In this document: in pieces, positions 46,785-54,764 of the stretch | Position numbering within the stretch: the first letter of the stretch is position 1 | Layout of the letters: the number at the start of each line of letters is the position of its first letter | Origin: Escherichia phage CMS-2020a | Strand: one strand, 5' to 3' | DNA: 64,000 nt | Sequence record: CP054387.1 | Made by a program: the position numbers and the translations under genes | The notes under the pieces: model-generated | Database searches by the model: none | What the model was told of the DNA's origin: nothing | The model's input: the letters and a program-made list of their open reading frames with translations, nothing else

Positions 46785-47885
46785 ATGAGCGAGTCCAAAT
46801 CGCCGGATGCCCTGAGAGCAATGGTAGCCGGTACGCTGGCTAATTTTCAGCACCCAACCCTGAAACACAACTTGACTACGCTTAAAGCGTTACACCATGT
46901 TGCGTTGATGGATGACACACTGCATGTCGAACTAATCATGCCTTTCGTGTGGAATAAGCCTTTTGAAGACCTGAAAGAGCAATGTAGTGGTGATCTGCTC
47001 CGTATCACTGGCGCAAAGGCTATTGACTGGAAGCTGTCGTACAACATTGCCACGCTTAAGCGCGTCAAAAACCAACCAGGCATTAATGGCGTTAAGAACA
47101 TTATCGCCGTCAGCTCAGGCAAGGGCGGCGTGGGTAAATCCTCCACAGCAGTAAACTTGGCACTGGCTTTGGCTGCTGAAGGTGCGAAAGTTGGTATTTT
47201 GGATGCCGATATCTATGGTCCATCAATTCCAACCATGCTGGGCGCGGAAAACCAACGTCCAACCTCACCGGACGGTACTCACATGGCACCTATCATGTCT
47301 CATGGCCTGGCAACCAACTCTATTGGTTATCTGGTCACCGATGACAATGCAATGGTGTGGCGTGGACCGATGGCGAGCAAGGCGCTGATGCAGATGTTGC
47401 AGGAAACACTGTGGCCTGATCTGGACTATCTCGTTCTCGATATGCCACCGGGCACTGGTGATATTCAATTGACGCTGGCGCAGAACATTCCTGTAACTGG
47501 TGCGGTTGTGGTAACTACGCCGCAAGACATCGCGCTGATCGATGCGAAGAAAGGCATTGTGATGTTCGAAAAAGTCGAAGTGCCGGTACTGGGTATCGTT
47601 GAAAACATGAGTGTGCATATTTGCAGTAACTGCGGTCATCACGAGCCAATTTTTGGCACCGGTGGAGCACAGAAACTGGCCGAGAAATACAACACGCAGT
47701 TGTTAGGCCAAATGCCACTTCATATCTCTCTTCGTGAAGATCTGGATAACGGAACACCAACCGTTATTAGTCGTCCAGATAGCGAATTTACGGCTATTTA
47801 TCGTGACCTCGCAGATCGCGTTGCTGCCCAAATGTATTGGCAAGGTGAAGTAATACCTGGCGAAATCGCATTCCGCGCAGTGTGA
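46785..47885 (+). CDS. apbC: Fe-S cluster carrier ATPase ApbC/Mrp
   Basis: 366 aa; P-loop SSGKGGVGKSSTAVNLA, CxxC motif HICSNCGH; divergent from metG as in enterobacterial chromosomes. Confidence 0.95.
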   Translation: MSESKSPDALRAMVAGTLANFQHPTLKHNLTTLKALHHVALMDDTLHVELIMPFVWNKPFEDLKEQCSGDLLRITGAKAIDWKLSYNIATLKRVKNQPGINGVKNIIAVSSGKGGVGKSSTAVNLALALAAEGAKVGILDADIYGPSIPTMLGAENQRPTSPDGTHMAPIMSHGLATNSIGYLVTDDNAMVWRGPMASKALMQMLQETLWPDLDYLVLDMPPGTGDIQLTLAQNIPVTGAVVVTTPQDIALIDAKKGIVMFEKVEVPVLGIVENMSVHICSNCGHHEPIFGTGGAQKLAEKYNTQLLGQMPLHISLREDLDNGTPTVISRPDSEFTAIYRDLADRVAAQMYWQGEVIPGEIAFRAV

Positions 47886-47910
47886 TAAAAAGGCGGTGCA
47901 TTGCACCGCC
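47886..47910. terminator. bidirectional hairpin terminator between apbC and the HumD-like gene
   Basis: ggcggtgca-tt-gcaccgcc hairpin; T-run on the minus-strand side. Confidence 0.55.
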
Positions 47911-47922
47911 TAATCAGTTCTC

Positions 47923-48312
47923 CTACATCACAGGACAATCATCAAACTCGCCACTTCTTGCGTCGTTGATAATGTGAGTGATCACACCAAACACGGCATT
48001 GCTGCCCGTGCATCCATCGTCATCCTTTGGCAATGCTTCCTTCTTACCGGTTCTTAAATCCTCCAGATGCTGACGTGGAGACTTCCGGTATCTTTTTACG
48101 CGATATTCCCCATCCAGAGCGCATACAAGCAGAGAACCATCAACCGGGGTAAGTGAGGAATCAACCACCAGCAATGCACCCTGTAATATTCCCTCACGAT
48201 GATGACTATCAGCTGCTCTCATGAAGTAGGTCGCTGAAGGATGTCTAATTATCTGCTGATCAAGAGAAATACGGCTCTCAGCATAATCCGCCGCAGGAGA
48301 AGGGAAGCCCAT
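47923..48312 (-). CDS. UmuD-prime/HumD-like S24-family protein (N-terminally short, resembles processed UmuD)
   Basis: [37 protein letters not shown]... parallels UmuD from about residue 25 ([37 protein letters not shown]); Ser in DSH and Lys in VKRY retained; in-frame stop 4 codons upstream of ATG so no N-terminal arm. Confidence 0.85.
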   Translation of the reverse strand: [129 protein letters not shown]

Positions 48313-48328
48313 AGCGTTTTGCCCTCAA

Positions 48329-48348
48329 TACTGTTCATTTACACAGTA
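48329..48348 (-). promoter_or_regulatory. LexA box (SOS operator)
   Basis: Minus-strand TACTGTGTAAATGAACAGTA fits CTGT-N8-ACAG, 16 nt upstream of the HumD-like start codon. Confidence 0.8.
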
Positions 48349-48484
48349 TACATGAAAGAAGCTCACTCAGTGCAACTGATCGGTACATAGCACCAGACAA
48401 AGGAACGTTATTTTCTCGAACAAGAAAAGGTAGAAAACAAATTGTTTAAGGCCACAACTAGTGGCCTTAATGGAGAAGGGATGC

Positions 48485-49009
48485 TTATTGGCTATGGCTA
48501 AAAATCAAATGAGACACTTCATTTGGTTGTAGCTCGTCAAGATCCGGGGCCACAAAACCTTTTCCGAAAGACTTCACAAGTGATTCACCAGCCGCATCAT
48601 TGTCACCTATTACGCGAAAGTCATACGGCAGCATTGCCAGTTGACGACGTAATCCTGCTGAGAAAGTCGAACCTAACAGCGCCCACGAATTTCCGCCCGC
48701 GTTGTGCACTGCTGCACTTTTAAAAATCGACTCAGTTATCCATATCGGTCCATCTTTTAAAGGAAGATAGGTTCCCCATAGTAGCTGTCTGCCGTGCGCT
48801 CGTGTGAAATACCGGGCCATCTTCGGATTGCTATGCTGCTTAGGAGCGCCTGGTCTGTATGTCTGATACCCGGCCAACATCCCATCAAACCTGTATAGAG
48901 GGAATGTAACAACTCCTTCGCTTTCATCGATCCACTGTCTATATGGATGCACATCATAGCGGTAGTTACGAGTTAGCAAATGAGCTTCCAGCTTTCCAAA
49001 TTTAGTCAT
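48485..49009 (-). CDS. hypothetical protein (possible TOPRIM-like acidic motif)
   Basis: Start at internal Met MTKFGKLEAH; segment RVIGDNDAAGE resembles a DxD TOPRIM motif, weak. Confidence 0.4.
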   Translation of the reverse strand: MTKFGKLEAHLLTRNYRYDVHPYRQWIDESEGVVTFPLYRFDGMLAGYQTYRPGAPKQHSNPKMARYFTRAHGRQLLWGTYLPLKDGPIWITESIFKSAAVHNAGGNSWALLGSTFSAGLRRQLAMLPYDFRVIGDNDAAGESLVKSFGKGFVAPDLDELQPNEVSHLIFSHSQ

Positions 49010-49022
49010 AACTTCGCATCCC

Positions 49023-49877
49023 TCATAACACTTCCCATTTATCACCATATTTCTCCATAGCTCTTAGCCAATAAACATGGCCACTAGGCATAGTGATGTG
49101 AGGCTCGCCAAACTCTTCTCCATGTACATCAAAGATGTCCCCAACAGAAAATTGGGGGATTTCTGTTCCGTTTTCACCTATATGTGTAATTCGTATACGT
49201 TTCGGTTGGGATTGTCCACCTTTGAGCGAGTTGTTCACTGCTCTGGCAATTTTCTCCCGCAATTGCTGCGTTCCGTGATACGTAACCGCAATATCCCGCA
49301 ACTCATTCACTAGTTCTCGAATTTGGTGATCTTTAAGCTCATTATTTGGGTGATTGGTAACAACTCTGGTTAATTCCCCATTGTCTTTTGCTCTTACGTA
49401 TGCAGCTCTTGTGCATTCGCCCCATGTATTACCGCCTACATTAACTTCGTAGATTAGGCTGGACTTATCTGTCAATTCGGAACAAATACGGGCCGTGGTC
49501 TGGCAACTAGAGCATTCGCAGTTATCGCGGAAACCGTGGTCTACTGGCTTCGGTTTAACATCATCAACTTTTTCTACCCTATTGGAATTTAAATACTTCG
49601 AAGCCTTGCTATGCCAATCGCTGGTTTTAGGATCTTGTCCATCCATCAAACGCCAGGCTTCAGCTATTAACTCATAACTAGTGACTGTAGCTTCCTGCGC
49701 ATCACCAATAAGTCGTGTAATCTCTCTTTCAAGCCGACCGCCTAACTCCGTTTTAGTGCAATGTTCTGACCAATCGCCAGTCTCAAGAAGCGCGAGAATG
49801 CTTAAAATATCGTCCAATAGAACGGTAGTATTATCGACTTCCTTCTGAAACTCACCGGCTACTGATTTATGCATCAT
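49023..49877 (-). CDS. hypothetical protein
   Basis: 284 aa ORF with Cys cluster CECSSC. Confidence 0.45.
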   Translation of the reverse strand: MMHKSVAGEFQKEVDNTTVLLDDILSILALLETGDWSEHCTKTELGGRLEREITRLIGDAQEATVTSYELIAEAWRLMDGQDPKTSDWHSKASKYLNSNRVEKVDDVKPKPVDHGFRDNCECSSCQTTARICSELTDKSSLIYEVNVGGNTWGECTRAAYVRAKDNGELTRVVTNHPNNELKDHQIRELVNELRDIAVTYHGTQQLREKIARAVNNSLKGGQSQPKRIRITHIGENGTEIPQFSVGDIFDVHGEEFGEPHITMPSGHVYWLRAMEKYGDKWEVL

Positions 49878-50155
49878 TCGTCATCCTCATCCGAGTCATC
49901 CTCATCACAGGATGAGAGTAGTGGGTTAGTCATTCGCCCTACTTGAGTGGCGTAGCCACGCCGACAGAGATTGCGCAGCACACTGTATATTTCGAACATC
50001 TCGGTTCGTTCATCGCCAACATCAAGCTCAGATGCTATAGCGTGGCATTCAGTCGCGAGAGCCGATATTTTCTGAAATAACTCTGCTTTATTCACTCTTC
50101 GACTCCTGCGGAGGTTCTGGTAGCGGCATCCAGTGAGTTGCTTGCTCAATACCAT
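49874..50155 (-). CDS. hypothetical small protein
   Basis: 93 aa ORF overlapping neighbours by 4 nt, acidic C-terminus. Confidence 0.35.
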   Translation of the reverse strand: MVLSKQLTGCRYQNLRRSRRVNKAELFQKISALATECHAIASELDVGDERTEMFEIYSVLRNLCRRGYATQVGRMTNPLLSSCDEDDSDEDDE

Positions 50156-50663
50156 TACCCGGCTTAATCGTTACATCTCCGCGCCGAAAGGTGATTCCGG
50201 TATAGCGTGCGGAGCATATTAGCGGTTCAACCAGAGAGCTATCGAAATTCACCGAAATAAGCACGTTCTGGCCCTTTTCAGGCATTCGCTCACTACAGCT
50301 TATCCAACCATCCGGAGTTACCGGATGGGGTCCAGCGAACTCGGGAATGTCAGGACCTTTTCTGATAGCTTTAGCCAGATCCAGCGGGTCATCGTAAAGC
50401 CAGTCGCCAGTTTGTGGGTGATTTGCTTCTGCAAGCTGCGCAGCCCATTCAAGACCATCTTTTTGACCTTGGAGATAATCAAGCGGCAACTCTTCATGAT
50501 TACTTGCAGGTTCTGCACTATCAGCTTCGCGCCGCTTCTGTAGCTCTGCTGCCATCGCTCTCACGACTTCAACTGGTGCCCTTGCAGCAAACTCTATGTT
50601 GGTGATCAGCTCATTAAGATATTGCTCGCCTGGATACTGTTTCTTATCGGTTATAGTGGTCAT
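50088..50663 (-). CDS. DUF551-like phage protein
   Basis: Start at internal MTTITDKKQ; segment GWISCSERMPEKGQNVLISV matches the W-I-S-x-x-x-x-LPE pattern I associate with DUF551. Confidence 0.5.
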   Translation of the reverse strand: MTTITDKKQYPGEQYLNELITNIEFAARAPVEVVRAMAAELQKRREADSAEPASNHEELPLDYLQGQKDGLEWAAQLAEANHPQTGDWLYDDPLDLAKAIRKGPDIPEFAGPHPVTPDGWISCSERMPEKGQNVLISVNFDSSLVEPLICSARYTGITFRRGDVTIKPGNGIEQATHWMPLPEPPQESKSE

Positions 50664-50664
50664 A

Positions 50665-51051
50665 TCACTCTCCTTTTCCCTGAAGCATAGCAGCGCGGCA
50701 GGCATTCCAGCCTCTCACCTCTGCAATAGCGGCAACAGCATCAACCGCGTACATGCTAAGAGGATTAGGCATTGGTTTTTCTTCCGGTACTACTGGAACG
50801 GGTGGAGCGGCGTAGACCTCAATAATTCCATTATCAATAGGCCATTCTCCATCCTTGAGGTAGTCACTTGTGCCGTCAACTTGCTGTTCTGCAATGTGGA
50901 ATGCACCTATTGGTTTTGCTTCCAGCGATGCCAGAGCAATTCGTGCCAGTTCTTCCGCTTCTTCTGCTGGCAGTACAACGTTGCTACCAGGTCCGTATGT
51001 TTCGCGCCACTGTTTGATTGTCAGTAGTCGCTCTTTGGTAATAGTGGTCAT
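50665..51051 (-). CDS. hypothetical protein
   Basis: 128 aa; shares MTTIT N-terminus with the neighbouring gene. Confidence 0.45.
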   Translation of the reverse strand: MTTITKERLLTIKQWRETYGPGSNVVLPAEEAEELARIALASLEAKPIGAFHIAEQQVDGTSDYLKDGEWPIDNGIIEVYAAPPVPVVPEEKPMPNPLSMYAVDAVAAIAEVRGWNACRAAMLQGKGE

Positions 51052-51061
51052 GTGTTACTCC

Positions 51062-51325
51062 TTAACCCGCAGTGCTTTCAACTGATGAGGGGAACAAAAT
51101 CCTTTCATCAAATCCGGCATTCATATCATGGACAGCAACACACCAATCCATCGACGAACGATTATCAAGAGCCTCCATGATTTCATCCATGCGGCGCAGG
51201 TCATACAGGTAAATGCTTTTATCGCCAATGGTGTAAAAACCAATTTTTTTCGGTGATGGGCAGCGATCAAGAACGTCCTGTAATTCGTTCAACCATGCCC
51301 GTTCTTTTTTTGTTAAAGTTGCCAT
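51062..51325 (-). CDS. hypothetical protein
   Basis: Start at internal MATLTKKERAW. Confidence 0.4.
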   Translation of the reverse strand: MATLTKKERAWLNELQDVLDRCPSPKKIGFYTIGDKSIYLYDLRRMDEIMEALDNRSSMDWCVAVHDMNAGFDERILFPSSVESTAG

Positions 51326-51326
51326 A

Positions 51327-51848
51327 TCACTCTCCTTTGATGCGAATGCCTGCTGCAATGCTGTTTATGATGCTGTCAGTGCATGGAGTAGAAAGCTGGG
51401 CATCTCCAGCAATTTTCATGACCTCAACATCCGCATATCGAATACCGAGGTGTATCAGACCGGCTATACCTGACTTAAGTCGAACATTTTCCATAAACAG
51501 ATCTTTTTCCCGCTGTTTAGCGGCTTCCAACTCCATCGACAATTTTTCCAACTGCTCTTTATGCTTCTTGTATTCCTGATACGCGTGCCAAGACTGACCT
51601 TTGCGCACACTATCAGTGATATCAGCAACCTGCTCCGGTGTTAGCGTGGTCAGTGGCTGTGCTGGAAAAATCATCACTTTCCCGGCATCCCAATCAAAAC
51701 CCGCCTGAATTGACTGAACCTCAACTGATGGTGTTGAACCGATGCGACCAGGCGAATGAACAACGATCGTTACATCCATATCGCGACGATGGCTGTGGTT
51801 GTTGGACAAAATACGATTCACCAACTCAGAAAATTTGGAAAATTTCAT
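51327..51848 (-). CDS. Ea22-like early protein
   Basis: Start at [10 protein letters not shown] (ATGA overlap); C-terminus ...[12 protein letters not shown] matches the Ea22-family ending as I recall it. Confidence 0.55.
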   Translation of the reverse strand: MKFSKFSELVNRILSNNHSHRRDMDVTIVVHSPGRIGSTPSVEVQSIQAGFDWDAGKVMIFPAQPLTTLTPEQVADITDSVRKGQSWHAYQEYKKHKEQLEKLSMELEAAKQREKDLFMENVRLKSGIAGLIHLGIRYADVEVMKIAGDAQLSTPCTDSIINSIAAGIRIKGE

Positions 51849-52168
51849 GCTGATCCCTCTTTCTCTCCCCGGATAATTCTGTTGCACACATCCACACACT
51901 CGTCGCAGATGAAAACGGCGTCCCCAGCAATTAACTTTTTGACGGCGTACTGGGATTTGTTGCAGAAGCTGCAACAAAGTGTTCGCCTGACTGATAAGGA
52001 TGGAGCGCCAGATGTCAGCCGCTCCATATCGTTCTTGCGACGCAATATCACACGGCTGAACTCAACCAGTTTCTCCGGGGATATCTCCTCCTCCGTAGCA
52101 AGCGCCTCTAATCGTTCGAGTATGTGGAAGGCTTTTTTCTGGGTAATTGCAGAATGCGATGTGGTCAT
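51845..52168 (-). CDS. ClpX-type C4 zinc-finger domain protein
   Basis: Start at [10 protein letters not shown]; [27 protein letters not shown] resembles ClpX N-terminal zinc-binding domain. Confidence 0.5.
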   Translation of the reverse strand: MTTSHSAITQKKAFHILERLEALATEEEISPEKLVEFSRVILRRKNDMERLTSGAPSLSVRRTLCCSFCNKSQYAVKKLIAGDAVFICDECVDVCNRIIRGEKEGSA

Positions 52169-52169
52169 C

Positions 52170-52700
52170 TCACTCTCCTTTGATGCGAATGCCAGCGGCG
52201 CGGGAATCATTCCATCGCTTTACTTCTTCACGAATTACGTCAATGCATTCTTTCGAATCCATTAGGTAATCTTCATCAAAAAGACGTTCCTGTTCGTTTT
52301 CTATCGCAACAATGATTGCTTCAACTAACTTTTGTGCCTGAGAATCACTTTCTAACTCTGCTATGCGCTTACTTCCATCCGAGATAACGCCCTCGTAATA
52401 CTCACGCTGCTCGTTGAGTTTTGATTTTGCCAACTCCAGTTGTTTTGTTAGTTCCGCAATACGGCAAACATCGTTGATACGCGTTTCCTCTAATGCGTTG
52501 ATCTCATCCAGTAGTGCCAGCACGGTTTCTGGTCCGGCCAGAAATTTGAAGGCGTTGAGGGCATCAATATCAACACCGCTATCTTTAAGTTCCTGTTCAC
52601 TTAACAAGTCATCATCAGCTGGCAACATTAACAGGCGTTCCATTGCTGGAATTGCACGTTCCGCCACCTCACGCAGTGCCTGGTAATTAATTTCGCTCAC
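52170..52700 (-). CDS. Ea22-like early protein (paralog)
   Basis: 176 aa, coiled-coil middle, C-terminus ...[12 protein letters not shown]; DNA tail tcactctcctttgatgcgaatgcc repeated at ~51325 and ~52168. Confidence 0.55.
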   Translation of the reverse strand: MSEINYQALREVAERAIPAMERLLMLPADDDLLSEQELKDSGVDIDALNAFKFLAGPETVLALLDEINALEETRINDVCRIAELTKQLELAKSKLNEQREYYEGVISDGSKRIAELESDSQAQKLVEAIIVAIENEQERLFDEDYLMDSKECIDVIREEVKRWNDSRAAGIRIKGE

Positions 52701-52941
52701 TGGCTGCCTCCTGCTTTTCTGCCTTCAACACCATGCGAGAACCATCATCCAGCTCCCACACTATCTCACCACCTTCAGCCATGACCAGTTGCCACACCAA
52801 TTGAGCAGCCTCATTGGTAACATCACGACCTGGATCATTGCCAACGCGCATACGTCCACCTTCAACATCGCGCATTTTTGCCAGCATGATAGTTTTTGAT
52901 AGCGGTGAAAAACCAAGCTGTAGTCGTGCTGAATTACTCAC
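52687..52941 (-). CDS. hypothetical small protein
   Basis: 84 aa ORF. Confidence 0.4.
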   Translation of the reverse strand: MSNSARLQLGFSPLSKTIMLAKMRDVEGGRMRVGNDPGRDVTNEAAQLVWQLVMAEGGEIVWELDDGSRMVLKAEKQEAASERN

Positions 52942-53480
52942 TGGTTGCCTCCTTTGCGAAGCTGGGCAGCAAAGTCAACTAACCACTCAGTCATTTCAAC
53001 CTTCCCTACCAGGTCTGAACCAGGGTGCATACAGCAATCACTCTGCGCCGCTTTGAAATCCTTATACTCATATTCTTGGGCCACCAGATTTTTTGCAGCT
53101 TCTATAGCAGCATCCACCCCCTGCGCACGTACTTCAGCCAGAAAAGCATCGGTGGCTGGAGTCTCCGTTAATTCGCTAACCCAATTATCTCCGTGTTCCT
53201 CGGCACACATCGCATCGAATGCTCGCTCAGATTCTTTCAGGGCTGCATTCTCCGCCGCTAATGCGTCTCTCTGCGCCCGCAACTTCTCAATTTCGGCAGC
53301 CATGTAGTAACCAACCATAGCGAAGACGGCAAAAGAGTTGTCTGCCTCATCAGGCGACACTGAGGCCATTAGCAGACCATCGTAATAATCGTGACTCCCA
53401 TTGGTGATCGCCACCTCATAGGAGTCGTGGTTCTCACGCTTGTGAATGAGAACTACGGGGTTTTCGATTTTGTTACTCAT
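52938..53480 (-). CDS. hypothetical protein
   Basis: 180 aa ORF; preceded on minus strand by hairpin plus palindromic motif block. Confidence 0.45.
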   Translation of the reverse strand: MSNKIENPVVLIHKRENHDSYEVAITNGSHDYYDGLLMASVSPDEADNSFAVFAMVGYYMAAEIEKLRAQRDALAAENAALKESERAFDAMCAEEHGDNWVSELTETPATDAFLAEVRAQGVDAAIEAAKNLVAQEYEYKDFKAAQSDCCMHPGSDLVGKVEMTEWLVDFAAQLRKGGNQ

Positions 53481-53618
53481 GTGTTTTTCTCTTCTTTGCT
53501 GTTACATAAGCACTACCAAGTGCTGGTTTATTTTCACAAATAAGAAAATGTAGAAAACAATTTATTTAAGGCCACAACTTATGGCCTTTATTTATTCATG
53601 CCGAAGGATTTGTAGCGT

Positions 53619-53999
53619 CTAATTGCCGTATAAAATGGGGTGAGGTGCTTGCCAGTAGGCTCCACCGGTCCATGTGAACCCCATGCGAATAAGAGTGTTT
53701 ATTGCGGCTTTGGTAGACTCCGATTCGACACTGGCTTTACGAAACTCTTGAACCTCTTTCGCCAACCTGTATGTAATTGTGCAGGGGACGATTGCAGCCC
53801 AGCCTTTCTCATGACTGTTAATGACCATCTGGATGTGACCATCCAGAATAGGTTGATTAGACATGTTATTGAAAATGTCTGCCTGTTTTTGAATGTGAAG
53901 AAAAAGCCTTGCCAGCTCCATTTGCTCACTACGAGACAAGGGATTATCAAGAGGGCTTTTTGCAAAAGCGGCTATACGCTGTGCGTCAATGCCAAACAT
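53619..53999 (-). CDS. hypothetical protein
   Basis: 126 aa ORF. Confidence 0.4.
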   Translation of the reverse strand: MFGIDAQRIAAFAKSPLDNPLSRSEQMELARLFLHIQKQADIFNNMSNQPILDGHIQMVINSHEKGWAAIVPCTITYRLAKEVQEFRKASVESESTKAAINTLIRMGFTWTGGAYWQAPHPILYGN

Positions 54000-54703
54000 C
54001 AGCGCACCTCACCATCTTTATGGCTGGAGTTAACTTCCGCCATTAAATGTCTGACGTAATCGACAAGAGAGCCACCTGGTGGAATCTGGCATTCCTCAAC
54101 TAACTGGAAGTAGATATCCGCAGCATTACGTGTATTGCTACCCGCGCATATTCTTTCTTCCCGAAGTGCATGAAGCTCGTTGATCAAACGGTCACACTCT
54201 CCGTTACGCTGATCCACAACAGCCTCAAGTTCTGCGACGCGTTCACCTGGCGTCTTACCTTCTTCGCGTTGGATGGTAACGACGAAATCGCCAATTGCAG
54301 GGACGTTGTAATCCAGCTCAAGGTAGTTTTTGGCACCGCTGCGGACGAACTCACCCGCGAACATGGTGGCGAACATCTCAGAGGCCATTGTGCTGTTGAA
54401 AAGTGACTCCAGATCTAACGGAGTCCCGGCAGCCAGAGCCTCTTTTGCTGTATCCATTGTATCCATGAACCGATCAAACTCATTAGCGCGCTTTTCCAGG
54501 TCTTTCCATTGCTCGCTCCAACGTTTGGCAATGAAGTCTATGAATGTTTTCGCGGATTCATCAAAATCCCCCTCAAACTTAACGATGCCTTTATCAATAA
54601 TGATCTGGCCTACCGCATCCTCTGCATAACCTTTCAATGTAAACTTGAAAGGAAAATCAGAATGGCCTGTGACGTTAAAATGCTCTAACTGGAGGTTGTT
54701 CAT
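53999..54703 (-). CDS. hypothetical protein
   Basis: 234 aa ORF. Confidence 0.45.
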   Translation of the reverse strand: MNNLQLEHFNVTGHSDFPFKFTLKGYAEDAVGQIIIDKGIVKFEGDFDESAKTFIDFIAKRWSEQWKDLEKRANEFDRFMDTMDTAKEALAAGTPLDLESLFNSTMASEMFATMFAGEFVRSGAKNYLELDYNVPAIGDFVVTIQREEGKTPGERVAELEAVVDQRNGECDRLINELHALREERICAGSNTRNAADIYFQLVEECQIPPGGSLVDYVRHLMAEVNSSHKDGEVR

Positions 54704-54764
54704 ATGTTTTTCTCTTATCGTTTAGTTATTACATTCTTACACAAATTAAGTAAGTATTTACCTA

